Shown: in pieces, positions 45,418-55,704 of the stretch | Position numbering within the stretch: the first letter of the stretch is position 1 | Layout: each line of letters opens with the position of its first letter | Source: an uncultured Gemmatimonadales bacterium | GTDB taxonomy: Bacteria; Gemmatimonadota; Gemmatimonadetes; Longimicrobiales; RSA9 | Assembly: GCA_963798085.1 (NCBI GenBank) | Contig: CAWCRS010000003.1 | Span: forward strand, 640,001 to 704,000 | Length of the DNA: 64,000 nucleotides | Direction: 5' to 3' | Translations under genes and position numbers: made by a program | Notes under the pieces: generated by a model | Databases searched by the model: none | Told to the model about the DNA's origin: nothing | Seen by the model: only the letters and a program-made list of their open reading frames with translations

Positions 45418-45779
45418 CGCTCCCTCCGCGGTGACACTGCAAATTTAGGGTGTTGCAGCCAACTTGCGCCAGTCTGCCTTACGTGGGGTGGCAAACAACT
45501 TGTTGTTCGGTCAGGATGAGTCAGCCAAAGCGGGCTTTCCGGCATTGCGGTAGACGGCAACCCTGCCGCGCGCATCGTGGTAGGCCGCTTCACGGGCGAC
45601 ACGCGATTCGTGCCTGATCCACCCACCGTCGAACAGGCGCAGGGCTGGGCAGGTGAATTCCAGGACAAAGTGCGTAGCGGAATAGATGGGTCGCGTCCAC
45701 CGCGGGAGCCAATTCCGCGTCACGCTCGTCCTGCCTGGCGCTGTTTCTCTCGCCACTTCGTGTGGCTCACACACGGACC

Positions 45780-46010
45780 CGATCGATCACTTGGTTCATC
45801 GAGTGAAACGCACACCTCGGGGTTACCGGATTACGGCGAGGACTCCACGTGGCTCGATCCGCGGCGGGACTACTCGGAGGACGAGCTCATGCGGATCATC
45901 GCGAACCATCCTTTGCTGCGCGCCCCCGGCGGAATGGATCTACAGCAATGCCGGCTACACGCTGCTCGGCATGATCATCCGAAGCGTCACGGACGCGCAC
46001 TGGGGAGCGC
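45780..46010 (+). pseudogene. serine hydrolase (beta-lactamase family) fragment
   Basis: HTSGLPDY...RRDYSEDEL, then WIYSNAGYTLLG in another frame; no intact ends. Confidence 0.6.
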
Positions 46011-46199
46011 GTTGCTCCACACGGTTGCAAGGGGGTTGGCGAGCCGCCAGGAGATCCATACGATCCTCGGAGGGCGGCTTCCCGGCCGCCCGAGGCTCGG
46101 CGCGGCGAGGGCTGGCGAACGGCTGTGCCCGTCCTTCGGATGGCCGGGTCGTCGAACAAGCGAGGTGTTCCATCCACGACCCCACGGATCCCGGGATCC

Positions 46200-46996
46200 C
46201 GTGCCGCTCCGGCGGCATCGACGAATACTACCGCGTCCTCGCGCCATGGCTGGATCGGTCGCTGCAGGGGCGAGGAGATAGTGGATGGTGGCAGGAGCAG
46301 GTGCGGGATGAGCCGGGCCCGGTGCTCGAGCTCGGGTGTGGCACCGGCCGCATCACCGCGGTCCTCGCCGGAAGCGGGCGCCGGGTCATCGGGCTGGACC
46401 GATCGGGAGCGATGCTGGCAAGGGCGAGCGAGCGGTCGGCCGGGCGCGACGAGGTCCCGCCGAGCGGCATCGAGCGTCGTCGCGGTTTTCAGCTGATCCG
46501 CGGCGACATGAGGAGCCTGCCGGTGCGGAGTGCCTCGATCGGGTGTGTAGTGGCGCCGAACGATCCGCTCATCCATCTGACCGACAATGGCGATCGCCAG
46601 CGCGCGATCGACGAGGCCGGGCGCGTGCTCGCGCGCGGCGGACGGCTCCTCCTGGAGCTCCTCTGGTGGACGCCGTCGAAGGAGGCGCGTGCGCGGTCGT
46701 CGGATGGGTTGCGGCGGTCCGAGGTCGTTCTGGACGCGCGCGGCGCGACGATGACGGTCGATGAGCACTGGTCGGAGACCGGCCGCGGATTCGTGCATGC
46801 TGCCTACCGGTATCGCGTTCCGGGTGGGGATGGCGTCGAAGCATCGTTCCGGGGTCGGCGCTGGACCGAGGCGGAGCTGGGCGACCGGCTGCGCCGGGCC
46901 GGTCTGCGGCGGGTCCGCGCATGGGGTGGTTTTGACGGCCGGCCGTTCGAGCCGGATACCGGGGAAGCACTTCTGGTCGAGGCCGCGCGGGATTGA
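46200..46996 (+). CDS. class I SAM-dependent methyltransferase (start uncertain)
   Basis: VLELGCGTGR, GLDRS, GDMR motifs. Confidence 0.8.
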
Positions 46997-47072
46997 GTCG
47001 CGCCGACCTGCGACGCTGCGCGATCGAGCTTCAGGATGGGAGGCGCCACATGGCCGGACTCGCGAAGGAGCC

Positions 47073-48200
47073 ATGCGTTCCGTGCACGGGCGACACGCCG
47101 CGTGTCGACCGGGAGCCGACCGGGTGCGGATCGCGCTGATCTCGTCCTGGCCGGGCGACCCGGCGGCGGGCGGCGGTACGGCGATGGCCGTGCGGGGGCT
47201 CGCGCGCGGCCTGGCGCAGCTCGGCCACGACGTCGAGCCGTTTCCGGGCGCCGACGAAGGTCGCAAGAGCCTTATCTCCCGCGTCGTCTTCAACTGGCGG
47301 ATCCGCGAGCGCGACTTCCGCGCGTTCGAACTCGTGATCGGCGTGGACCTGGACGGCTTCGCGCTCCGCATCGACCGACCGTACATCGTGATGCTGAAGG
47401 GCGTCGCCGCCGACGAGGCTGCCCACGAGCGAGGACCGGCCGTCCTGGAGCGGCGGCTCGCGGCCGCGTTCGAACTGGCGAACGTCCGACGCGCGGATCG
47501 CGTCGTGGTTCCGAGCCGGTATGCGGCGGGCATCGCCACCGACCGATACCGCATCGCGCCAGAGCGCGTCGCCGTGGTGCCCGAGCCGGTGATGCGGTTG
47601 GCGGCCCCGGCCGCGGCGTCACGCGCGCGGCCCACGATCCTCGCCGTCGGCCACCAGTATCGTCGCAAGCGGACCGCCGACCTGCTGCGTGCGATCCCGC
47701 TCCTGCCGCCGCATCTCGCCGACGCGCGCGTGCGCGTCGTCGGCGACGGTCCCGAGCTGCCGCGTCTTCGCAGGCTCGCGAGCAGGCTCGGCATCGCCGA
47801 TCGCGTCGACTTTCTCGGGCGCATCGATGACCAGGCGCTCGCGCGCGAGTATGCCGGTGCCGACTGCTTCTGCCACCCGAGCGTTCAGGAGGCGTTCGGC
47901 ATCGCCGTCGTCGAGGCCATGGCGGCGGGACTGCCGGTGGTCGCCGGGCGCGCGGCGGCACTCCCCGAGATCGTGCGGGATGGCGTCACCGGCCTGCTCG
48001 TCGCGCCGCGCGATCCTTCAGCGATCGCCGCCGCGCTCGCGCAGCTGCTGGACGACGGCGAGCTGCGCGCATCCCTGGGCGCGGCGGGACGTCTTCGCGC
48101 CGCGCTCTGGAGTCCGGTCGCGCACGCGCGCCAGGTGCTGGATGTGAGCGGCGTGCGGGTGGAACCGTTGCCGGCGGCGGGTGCGCCTCAGCCGGGCTGA
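47073..48200 (+). CDS. GT4 glycosyltransferase
   Basis: HPSVQEAFGIAVVEAMAAGLPVV. Confidence 0.88.
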   Translation: MRSVHGRHAACRPGADRVRIALISSWPGDPAAGGGTAMAVRGLARGLAQLGHDVEPFPGADEGRKSLISRVVFNWRIRERDFRAFELVIGVDLDGFALRIDRPYIVMLKGVAADEAAHERGPAVLERRLAAAFELANVRRADRVVVPSRYAAGIATDRYRIAPERVAVVPEPVMRLAAPAAASRARPTILAVGHQYRRKRTADLLRAIPLLPPHLADARVRVVGDGPELPRLRRLASRLGIADRVDFLGRIDDQALAREYAGADCFCHPSVQEAFGIAVVEAMAAGLPVVAGRAAALPEIVRDGVTGLLVAPRDPSAIAAALAQLLDDGELRASLGAAGRLRAALWSPVAHARQVLDVSGVRVEPLPAAGAPQPG

Positions 48201-48432
48201 AACGGCGGATGGGCGCTCGAACCGGCGCTCCGCCGCGAGTCGTCACGAGCAGCGTGTCGCCGCGACCGTGTGTCAGGGCGATGCTGCCGATGGATCGAAG
48301 GCTGAGACTACTGTCCACCGATCCAAAGCCGCCAGCCGGCGTCAAGGTGAGGCGATGCAGACCAACCGGGTCGCTTCCACGACAACCCGCCGCAATCATC
48401 GCCAACGCCAGTCCGCAAAAAGTGAGTTTCAT
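48200..48432 (-). pseudogene. short lipoprotein gene, probably a truncated cassette
   Basis: MKLTFCGLALAMIAAGC lipobox starting just downstream of the decayed attC; 3' end unclear. Confidence 0.45.
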
Positions 48433-48453
48433 TTCGCGCGATTGAGGTCAGTG

Positions 48454-48598
48454 GCAGATCGTTTCTTCTGTTCACGACGCGCCGGAGGCGACAGCAAGGG
48501 CGGCGCAAGCATGTCCGCGCCCTTCGTCGCGTGGCCCGATCAACAGCCTGCCGGGCCGGCGGCCGACAGACCGCCGAGCGTGAAATGGCGTGCTAAAT
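48454..48598 (-). other. decayed attC site
   Basis: Aligns with attC 55705-55845 (TTCACGACGCGCCG...GGCGCA.GC.TGTCC...GTGAA), but the core boxes are mutated (GCAGATC / GCTAAAT). Confidence 0.65.
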
Positions 48599-48600
48599 GC

Positions 48601-49051
48601 CGTGGTGGTTCGGCAGAGGCTGATCCTATTGCACATCGTTCGGGGGTGATGGTTTACAGTCGCCATGGTAACGTGAGCCTTCCCTTTGACGGGAGGCTCC
48701 ATGCTCTGGAGGACGCAGACCATCATGGACGAACGTGCTCGCTTTGCGATCGAGGCCTCGCACTCGACGCACCCGTTTGCGGAGACCTGCCGCGGTTTCG
48801 GGATCAGCCGGCCCACCGGCTACAAGTGGCTCCGAGCGCTATCGTGACGGGCAATTCGCCGGGCTCGCCGAATCGCTCGCACCGGCCCACAATGCCCTCA
48901 CGCGACGCCACAGCCCGTCGTGCAGCGTATGCTTGCGCTGCGCCAAATGGAGTGCGGTACCCGCAAGATCCAGCGCTTGCAGGGTGTTCGACACCGTGGC
49001 CTGCCACTGCTCAGGACAACGGCTGGGATCGGCCACTGTCTCGGGTCTACA
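48601..49051 (+). mobile_element. internally deleted IS481-family element
   Basis: Near-copy of the 5' end of 51145-52494 (GAGGCTGATCC...GATGGTTTACAGTCGCC...ATGGACGAACGTGCTC); retains the right-end motif GGATCGGCCAC. Confidence 0.8.
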
Positions 49052-49056
49052 GTGAT

Positions 49057-50136
49057 TCATGTCTTGGCCTTTTGCTGTCGCCGGACGGGCGGCCTGGAAG
49101 TGACCGCTCGGAATTCGTTGGCGTCGGCAAGTTTCTCGACCAAGTGCCTTATCCAGGCCTCCTTGTACCCGTACGCATCCGCGAAGGCGTCGTACACGCA
49201 GAATTGCTCGATTGTTTTTTCCTTCTGCTTGCTGTTCGTTGGCGGCCTGACGTTGTAATGCCTCCACGCTCGTGTGTGTGTATCCTGCGTGAAGACATAT
49301 GGCAACTCGGCGGCAACGCGCTTCACGACCTCGCTCGGTTTGAGTAGGTCGGCAAATGCGACGGGAACGCGGCGCTCCTTGATGAGCGCGGCCACCTTCG
49401 CGAGCTGGGCCATTTCCTCAGGCTTCGTGGGATCGTACGGGACGAACTCGATCGACAAGTCAGAGGCACTCTCACGATTGGCGAGCTTCGGTACCAAGAA
49501 CACACTCAACGTGTACTTGGGGCTTGCAAGAACCTCTGGCGGCAGGCCGGCTCGGTAGGTCCGGACAAACTCGAGGAGATCGCGGGCGGCGGATTTCTCG
49601 AGGCTTCTTACCGCCGCGGCTTGGGATTCCGGACGTAGGGCTGAGAATTGAAGGGATACTGCTAGGGAAGCCGTGAGCGCGTGGTTCGGGGTAAACTCGT
49701 GGACCAAAAGATCCTCGAAGTTCATCAGCAGGGCTTGGCATTCGCCGTAGAGCGCCGGATCAAGCTCCGGGTGATCGCGGTGCTCAATGCGGTTCCTGAT
49801 CTTGATGAAGAACTCGAAGTTGCTCCGCTCCGGCGGGTTCTTGTCGCCCCAGTACTGCCGGAGACACTCCCCGAGTTCCCAATGCTTTGGTTCGCCGTCG
49901 ACCCGTGTGTAACGGAGACCCTTACCGGAGCCACCTTGCACGTACCAAGGCTTGATCCCGCGTGCGTAGAAGATCGCGTGGAAAAGCGCCGTGGTGGCCA
50001 TCACCATCAGGACTGCATACGTGCGAGTACGAAAGCCGCCGCCTGGCCGGTTGTAGTTCTCAACAGCGCACAGAGCACTCGCGCGCGCCTTCTGGAGATG
50101 TTGACGTGCAAGCCGGGGAATGCGCTTTCTTGACAT
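49057..50136 (-). CDS. DUF3644 domain protein (HEPN-like)
   Basis: KARASALCAVENYNRP DUF3644-type N-terminus, HWELGECL, and an RNRIEH (Rx4H) motif. Confidence 0.8.
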   Translation of the reverse strand: MSRKRIPRLARQHLQKARASALCAVENYNRPGGGFRTRTYAVLMVMATTALFHAIFYARGIKPWYVQGGSGKGLRYTRVDGEPKHWELGECLRQYWGDKNPPERSNFEFFIKIRNRIEHRDHPELDPALYGECQALLMNFEDLLVHEFTPNHALTASLAVSLQFSALRPESQAAAVRSLEKSAARDLLEFVRTYRAGLPPEVLASPKYTLSVFLVPKLANRESASDLSIEFVPYDPTKPEEMAQLAKVAALIKERRVPVAFADLLKPSEVVKRVAAELPYVFTQDTHTRAWRHYNVRPPTNSKQKEKTIEQFCVYDAFADAYGYKEAWIRHLVEKLADANEFRAVTSRPPVRRQQKAKT

Positions 50137-50193
50137 CACGCTTCTATCCTACACCGGATCTGTTTGCTGACTGTAACTGTTGCCCGCTTGCGC

Positions 50194-50239
50194 CTTTTAT
50201 GGATTGTGTGCTGTCAAGCCCTACGGTTCCGAGCGACAC
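50194..50239 (-). mobile_element. orphan IS110 right-end fragment
   Basis: CTTTTATGGATTGTGTGCTGTCAAGCCCTACGGTTCCGAGCGACAC closely matches 58109-58153. Confidence 0.7.
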
Positions 50240-50304
50240 AACCCCCCCTCGGACGGGACAGCCCACATGCTGGCTGAGGCCGTGGCCTCGCCGGTCCTTG
50301 CGGC

Positions 50305-50943
50305 TTACGGCTCAGAATGCCGACCCGTGGCCAAGTCGATTGATTCAACGATCAGAAGAGCGCGATTGACGATTCGGCGATATCCTTCGTCGAGCATTGC
50401 CAGTACGCTCGCGTGGCTCTCTGCGCTGATCGCAGAATCGAAGGTCTTCTCAAACAGCAGCATCAATAGATCGACCTCCGAGTTGTAGAAGTCAAGCTGA
50501 TCCCTAAGCCAATGCAGCATCTGTTGCAGCTCCAAAGAGAGGATGACGAACCCGACTGTTTGGCTTCCCAAGAATGGAGCCGTGTAGCGAACCAAGTGGA
50601 GAGGCCTGCTCGGACGGCCTTGGGCGTGGCTCAGGGCGTTGAGATCTGGCGCTGACATGCCTGCGAGTCGGCGCATCCCGAGAATGCCGTCAACATCGTC
50701 CTCCGGACCCGCCGTCACCCTAGCGATTCCTGCTCGAATTCGCTCAAGCAGTCGATCGTCCAAGAGGGCGCGGCGGTAAGCGACGGTCAGAGCCAGAATG
50801 GCAAAAGTATCGCGAAGCTGTCCAAGCTCTGCGAACAACGCCGTCTTGAGCTTCTTGCGTTGACGGGGACGATCAATGACCTCGGCAAGGGGGCCAGAGA
50901 ACAGGCCCAATGCCCAGCCTAAGATCAAAGTCAGGACGGGCAT
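50305..50943 (-). CDS. hypothetical cassette protein, N-terminal TM plus helical domain
   Basis: 212-aa ORF directly downstream of attC 51007-51142. Confidence 0.7.
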   Translation of the reverse strand: MPVLTLILGWALGLFSGPLAEVIDRPRQRKKLKTALFAELGQLRDTFAILALTVAYRRALLDDRLLERIRAGIARVTAGPEDDVDGILGMRRLAGMSAPDLNALSHAQGRPSRPLHLVRYTAPFLGSQTVGFVILSLELQQMLHWLRDQLDFYNSEVDLLMLLFEKTFDSAISAESHASVLAMLDEGYRRIVNRALLIVESIDLATGRHSEP

Positions 50944-51006
50944 TGGGTCAGCATAGTCCCAGGTGTATGTCAGCCATCTTCACGAACAAGTCCCTCGCAC
51001 GATTCC

Positions 51007-51142
51007 AGATAACGTCTCAGAGTTTCATGTCGGGCCGGAGCCGCTTGCGGCACCAGCCCGTTCACGCCATTCAAGAGCTACCCGCCTCGGCCGTTGCGCG
51101 GCGGGGTCGCGCCAGCGATTCCGCATGAACCTGTTGTTAGGC
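51007..51142 (-). other. attC site
   Basis: Plus strand AGATAAC-7nt-AGTTTCATG...CATGAAC-CTGTT-GTTAGGC. On the minus strand R''=GCCTAAC and R'=GTTATCT. Confidence 0.8.
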
Positions 51143-51144
51143 GC

Positions 51145-52494
51145 CGTCCGGGGTTCGGTCGAGGCTGATCCTTTACACATCGTTCGGGGGCGATGGTTTA
51201 CAGTCGCCTTGGTAACGTGAGCCTTCCTTTTTTGACGGGAGGCTCCATGCCGTGAAGGACGCAAACCATCATGGACGAACGTGCTCGCTTTGCGATCGAG
51301 GCCTCGCATTCCACGCACCCGTTTGCGGAGACCTGCCGCCGGTTCGGGATCAGCCGGCCCAGCGGCTACAAATGGCTCCAACGCTATCGTGACGAGCAAT
51401 TCGCCGGGCTCGCCGATCGCTCGCACCGGCCGACGAGCTGCCCTCACGCCACGCCACAGCCCGTCGTGCAGCGCATCCTTGCGCTGCGGGACCAGATGGA
51501 GTGCGGTGCCCGCAAGATCCAGCGCTTGCTGCGCGACAAGTTCGACACCGTGCCTTGCATCGATACCATTCACGACATCCTCTGCCGGCACCAGCGCGTC
51601 ACGCCGCGCAGGCCTTCCCGCCGACGTACCCATCCCGGGCCACCATTCACGTCCATGGCCCATGCCAACAATGTCTGGACCGCCGACTTCAAGGGTGAAT
51701 TCAAGACGGGCGATGGCCGCTCCTGCTTCCCGCTCACGATCCAGGACGGCTACTCCCGCTTCCTGCTCGAGTGTCGTGCCTTCACCCGCCTCGATCTCAA
51801 AGCACGGCACGGCGATTCGATCACCTCTTCCACACCTGTGGACTGCCGAATCGCATCCGTACCGACAATGGCCATCCCTTCGCATCCCGTGCCCTTGCAC
51901 GCCTCTCCCAGCTCTCCGTTGACTGGATCAAGCTGGGCATTCTCCCCGAGACCATCGAACCCGGCAAACCCTATCAGAACGGCCGGCATGAACGCATGCA
52001 TCGCACGCTTGGCGAGCGCACCGCCACCCCACCCGCTCCAACGCTTCGTGCGCAGCAGCGCCGCTTCAACGAATTCCGCACCTTCCACAATACCGTGCGT
52101 CCACATGAAAGCCTGGGCCAGGAGACCCCCGCTTCCTTCTATACGCCGTCCGCGCGTCGGCTCGCACGCACCCCTTCACCGCTGGTCTATCCCCGGCACT
52201 TCGAACAACGCCTGGTCAGTCAGCTCGGCTCCATCCGCTGGAAGAAGCGCTTCATCCATGTGAGCCGCCTGCTCGCGCACGAATACGTCGCGCTCGAACC
52301 GATCGCCGTCTCCGTCTGGTCCGTCTATTTCGGTCCCATTCACCTGGGTTGGCTTGACGAAACAACGATTTCCGTATCATGGACGCACGACGACTGCAGC
52401 AACGACAACGCTGACCATCAACCCCCGAACGTTCTGTAAACGATCACCCCCACTGCTCAGTTGCAAAGGATCGGCCACGCCTACTGCAACTACG
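51145..52494 (+). mobile_element. IS481-family element with disrupted transposase
   Basis: ATG CCG TGA (W to stop) at the start; GYKWLQRY, WTADFKG, RTDNG and QNGRHERMHRTL DDE motifs; frameshift near 51810. Imperfect terminal IRs (GATCCTTT...GGTTTACA / TGTAAACG...AAAGGATC). Confidence 0.88.
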
Positions 52495-53477
52495 ACTTCC
52501 GGCGGCCGGCAATCACAGCGGTGAGGGCTAGGATGACGACGCCCACGAGAATCGCGAGAAATGCGATTGTGTTGCCAGTCAGTTTGCCTTGAGCGAAAGA
52601 CACGCCGCCATACATTATCGGGCCTGCAGCAATGATGATACCGATCATCATCAGCACTTTGCGCTCAAACAACAGCTCGACCTTCTCAAGAACGCTCTGA
52701 CGGCCTGCCTCGATTTTCTCAGAAAGCACCTTGGTCTCGTGCTCGATCGTCTTCGCAAGGCTCTGTGTGCGTTCTTGGAACTCGTCCTTCATTATTCGCA
52801 CGTCAGATACAACCTCGAATTTACCATGCAAGTTGGTCAGTTCCGTACCAATGTGATCGAACGGGTAGCCCGCCTCGCGTAGTTGCTTCTTTGGATCGAG
52901 CTGCCCGAAGCTCGAGGCAACCAGCTTACGCTTCGGAATGTCCGCAGGTATGCGGCGGCCGGAGCGGACAACGCCCTCCGAATCTTGGTATCGGTGGCTC
53001 GGGTGGGAACCATAAGGGAAATCAGGTCGCTCTTCGCCCTCAAGGACGAGGATGGTCAATTTGAAGATCGGTTCCCCATACTGAATGATGAGATCCTTGA
53101 CAGAACCGTTTCGAAGGCCCCAATTCAGCGAACCCCGGAACCCGGCATCGATCTTCGTCGCAACTTGCGAGATTCCCTCTCGCATTATCGTGGTTGTGGG
53201 CGTAATGAAGCCCATCAACATGCGGTTGGGCAGCACCTTGTGAACTGCTTCGGCCGTGAAGTCAATAGCCTCTAGGCTAGAAATGACCACGCTTTCGCCG
53301 GGCAGACCTTGAGGAACATACCCTCCTCGAGTTCGGCCTCCTCCCCCGTTGAGTGAAAGAGGACCTCTTTCCCGAGTCGAAGTTCGATGCCATTGGGGTT
53401 GAGAAGCTCCTCGCTCGCGTTCTGGAGAACGGAACCAAGAAGTCTCTTTACATTCGGTCAGCGAGCAGCTTGGCCAT
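52490..53477 (-). CDS. dCTP deaminase/dUTPase-fold protein with coiled coil and two C-terminal TMs (frameshifts near 5' end)
   Basis: Reconstructed N-terminus MAKLLADR-VKRLL...NPNGIELRLG; then PGESVVISSLE, IDAGFRGSL, GEPIFKL and YQ motifs. Confidence 0.75.
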
Positions 53478-53530
53478 AACACGCCTCGTCGGTCCTTAGA
53501 GTCTATAATGTAATGCGCGAAGACCATGGC

Positions 53531-53676
53531 GGCCAACGTCCCGCGGTTTACGACGCCGCGAGAGCCCGGCGACAGCCGGGCGAAGCGCTGTCCGACGCCT
53601 CCCCGTGCTACCCCTTTCCCGTGCCTGCGGCGGCCAGCGGCTGCAGGCCGCGCAGCGTAAACCCAGCGTGTTATGC
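53531..53676 (-). other. attC site
   Basis: Plus strand GGCCAAC-7nt-GGTTTACG...CGTAAACC-6nt-GTTATGC. On the minus strand R''=GCATAAC and R'=GTTGGCC. Confidence 0.85.
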
Positions 53677-53752
53677 GCCGTTCGATCCGCCATGTTGCGG
53701 GCGGCCCGGCTCTAGCAGCACAAGTCCACCGGCACAACGGAGCTCTGGGGCC

Positions 53753-54892
53753 TTAGAGTATTTTCGCCCGGTATGGAAACCTCACGCTGAACGTTGTCAT
53801 ATACATTCCGCGGTACCCCGCATCAGGCTCCTCATGTTGTTCCACGGTTATCTCTGTTCCCAGGTGTTCCTTCGCAACCAGTTGGCTCAGATACAGACCA
53901 TATCCTGCGCCTTCCTCGACGGCCTGAAGCGCAGCCTCACCACGGAAGAATGGTCTGAAGACCTTACGGATTTCGTCCTTCAGAATCTTCGGCCCGAGCG
54001 AGGAGACCTCCAGTACGATCCCGTCACGTTCATCTTGGACGAAAATCTCAATTGTAGAGCCAACTGGGGCGTACTTCACGGCATTGTCGATAAGGGTGTG
54101 CGGGATTACGGACGACGCCTGCGGGTTTGCGACGACGTTGGCATAGCTCGATCCAGCTACAGTCACCCTGAGGTTCTTGGCGTCGAACCACGACTGATAG
54201 ATACGGACATACTTGATCACAGCGCCATGCAGGCGGAACGCAACGCACTCCGATGCGATGGTGAGCCATTCCGGGCGTAGCAGAAATTTCGCCACATTGA
54301 GCTTTTCTCCAAGGAACCGAGCTGCTTCATAGATCGCGCGTTCGGCCCGCGATGCACGGCCTAGTTTATCCTCGAACGTCCCGCCAGGGTGCAGTTCCTC
54401 GATGATCACATTGATGTTCTGACTGATCTGCGCATTGATCTGCTTGTAGTCATGTACGAACGCAAGGCCACGTTGTATGTCTTCCTTCAGGGACTTGAGA
54501 TAGTCAACCCGAAATTGGTCCACGTCGAGAATGTCTTCCCGTTCTTCGGTAAACCTAATCTCCCTTTCTTCTTTTCGGCGACTGAGAAGGGCGCGGTAGT
54601 AGTCAAGTGCCGCCTGGAATTCCTTGTTCGGAACAGGGACCACTTGACGCCGGCGACTTTTGCGTGCCGGTGTCGCGTAAAGCCAATCCTCAAGGACCAC
54701 GCCCGCGACCAGCAATTTGCTATCGACTCGTTGGTAGTTGAAGCCGTACTTGCAAAGCTGCGCGCCCTCCTTACTCTCGTGCTCACAAGGCCGATCCATG
54801 CAACGGAGGCATCGCGACGGCCACGGGCGGAGGCTGCCATCGCCGTAATGGCCATTGTAGAGGTGCGGGAATGGGAAGAAAAGGGTATCCAT
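53753..54892 (-). CDS. soluble histidine kinase with Cys-rich N-terminus
   Basis: H-box FVHDYKQ, N-box LIDNAVKY, F-box VFRPFFRG and G2 GAGYGL; Cx2Cx4Cx10C at the N-terminus; no TM. Confidence 0.85.
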   Translation of the reverse strand: MDTLFFPFPHLYNGHYGDGSLRPWPSRCLRCMDRPCEHESKEGAQLCKYGFNYQRVDSKLLVAGVVLEDWLYATPARKSRRRQVVPVPNKEFQAALDYYRALLSRRKEEREIRFTEEREDILDVDQFRVDYLKSLKEDIQRGLAFVHDYKQINAQISQNINVIIEELHPGGTFEDKLGRASRAERAIYEAARFLGEKLNVAKFLLRPEWLTIASECVAFRLHGAVIKYVRIYQSWFDAKNLRVTVAGSSYANVVANPQASSVIPHTLIDNAVKYAPVGSTIEIFVQDERDGIVLEVSSLGPKILKDEIRKVFRPFFRGEAALQAVEEGAGYGLYLSQLVAKEHLGTEITVEQHEEPDAGYRGMYMTTFSVRFPYRAKIL

Positions 54893-55540
54893 CAGTGCAC
54901 CAATAGCTGCAGGACCGCTATGCCAGCCTGCGCGACTTGCAGTATGAGGCCAACTGTCTGCCGTTCCTCTCGGGCGTCACGAAGATAGCTGGCCAGTGAG
55001 TCTGTGTCGCGAAGTAGAATGGCTCTTTTGGCCACCTCCTGGAGCTGCCTTGGCTCGATGTCGGCGGAATGGGATAGCGAACCGATCCGGTCTAGGTAGA
55101 AGGCAAGCGAAAACCGTCGTTGTAGCAAGTCATCAATGGTTCGTTTGAATTCAACGTAATCCGCGCGCTTATCAAGTGTCGCGTCCGCAAGATCGAAGAA
55201 TTCCTTGTATTTCAGGGGCCAATCAGCGTTTGAATACGCGACGATGACTTGGGCCGGCGCGACCTTCTTCAAATGCCGAAGGACCCCGAGGCCTGCGTCT
55301 TTGGAGATGGCTGTACCCACGCCGTGGATGTCAAGCAGGATAACATTCGAAGTAGCCAGCCTCGAGTTTCGGCAAGTCAGTGACGTCTTGCCATTGTTCG
55401 ATGGTATAGCCATCGCGTTGGAATAGCTGGAGATAGAAGAACTCCGCGTCGTCGAGGACGAGCAAGCGAGCTCGCTTCGCAATTTCCTCGCTCGAAACAT
55501 GAGGCCAAGGCTTGGGACGGCGCTTGAATGGCCAACGCAT
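54892..55540 (-). CDS. receiver-domain protein (frameshift near 55345)
   Basis: LLVLDD, VILLDIHG, IVAYS, LDK; short helical C-terminus; its stop overlaps the kinase ATG. Confidence 0.8.
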
Positions 55541-55704
55541 GGTTCCCGAACTCGTTCAAGGGGGACGCCAACTAGCCCGGTCTTGGGATGTTTAGACTCT
55601 CCAAGCGCAGTGTCAAGGACGACAAGTCGAGGCGGCCGTCGTTACGGGTCTATGCACGCCGGTGTTTTCACGTCGAGACACGATGCCGGTTGGCATCGCA
55701 TTGC

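Noticed and set aside
48601..52494. Composite transposon carrying DUF3644
   Set aside because: Each IS copy sits beside its own attC and an attC lies between them; independent insertions explain it better.
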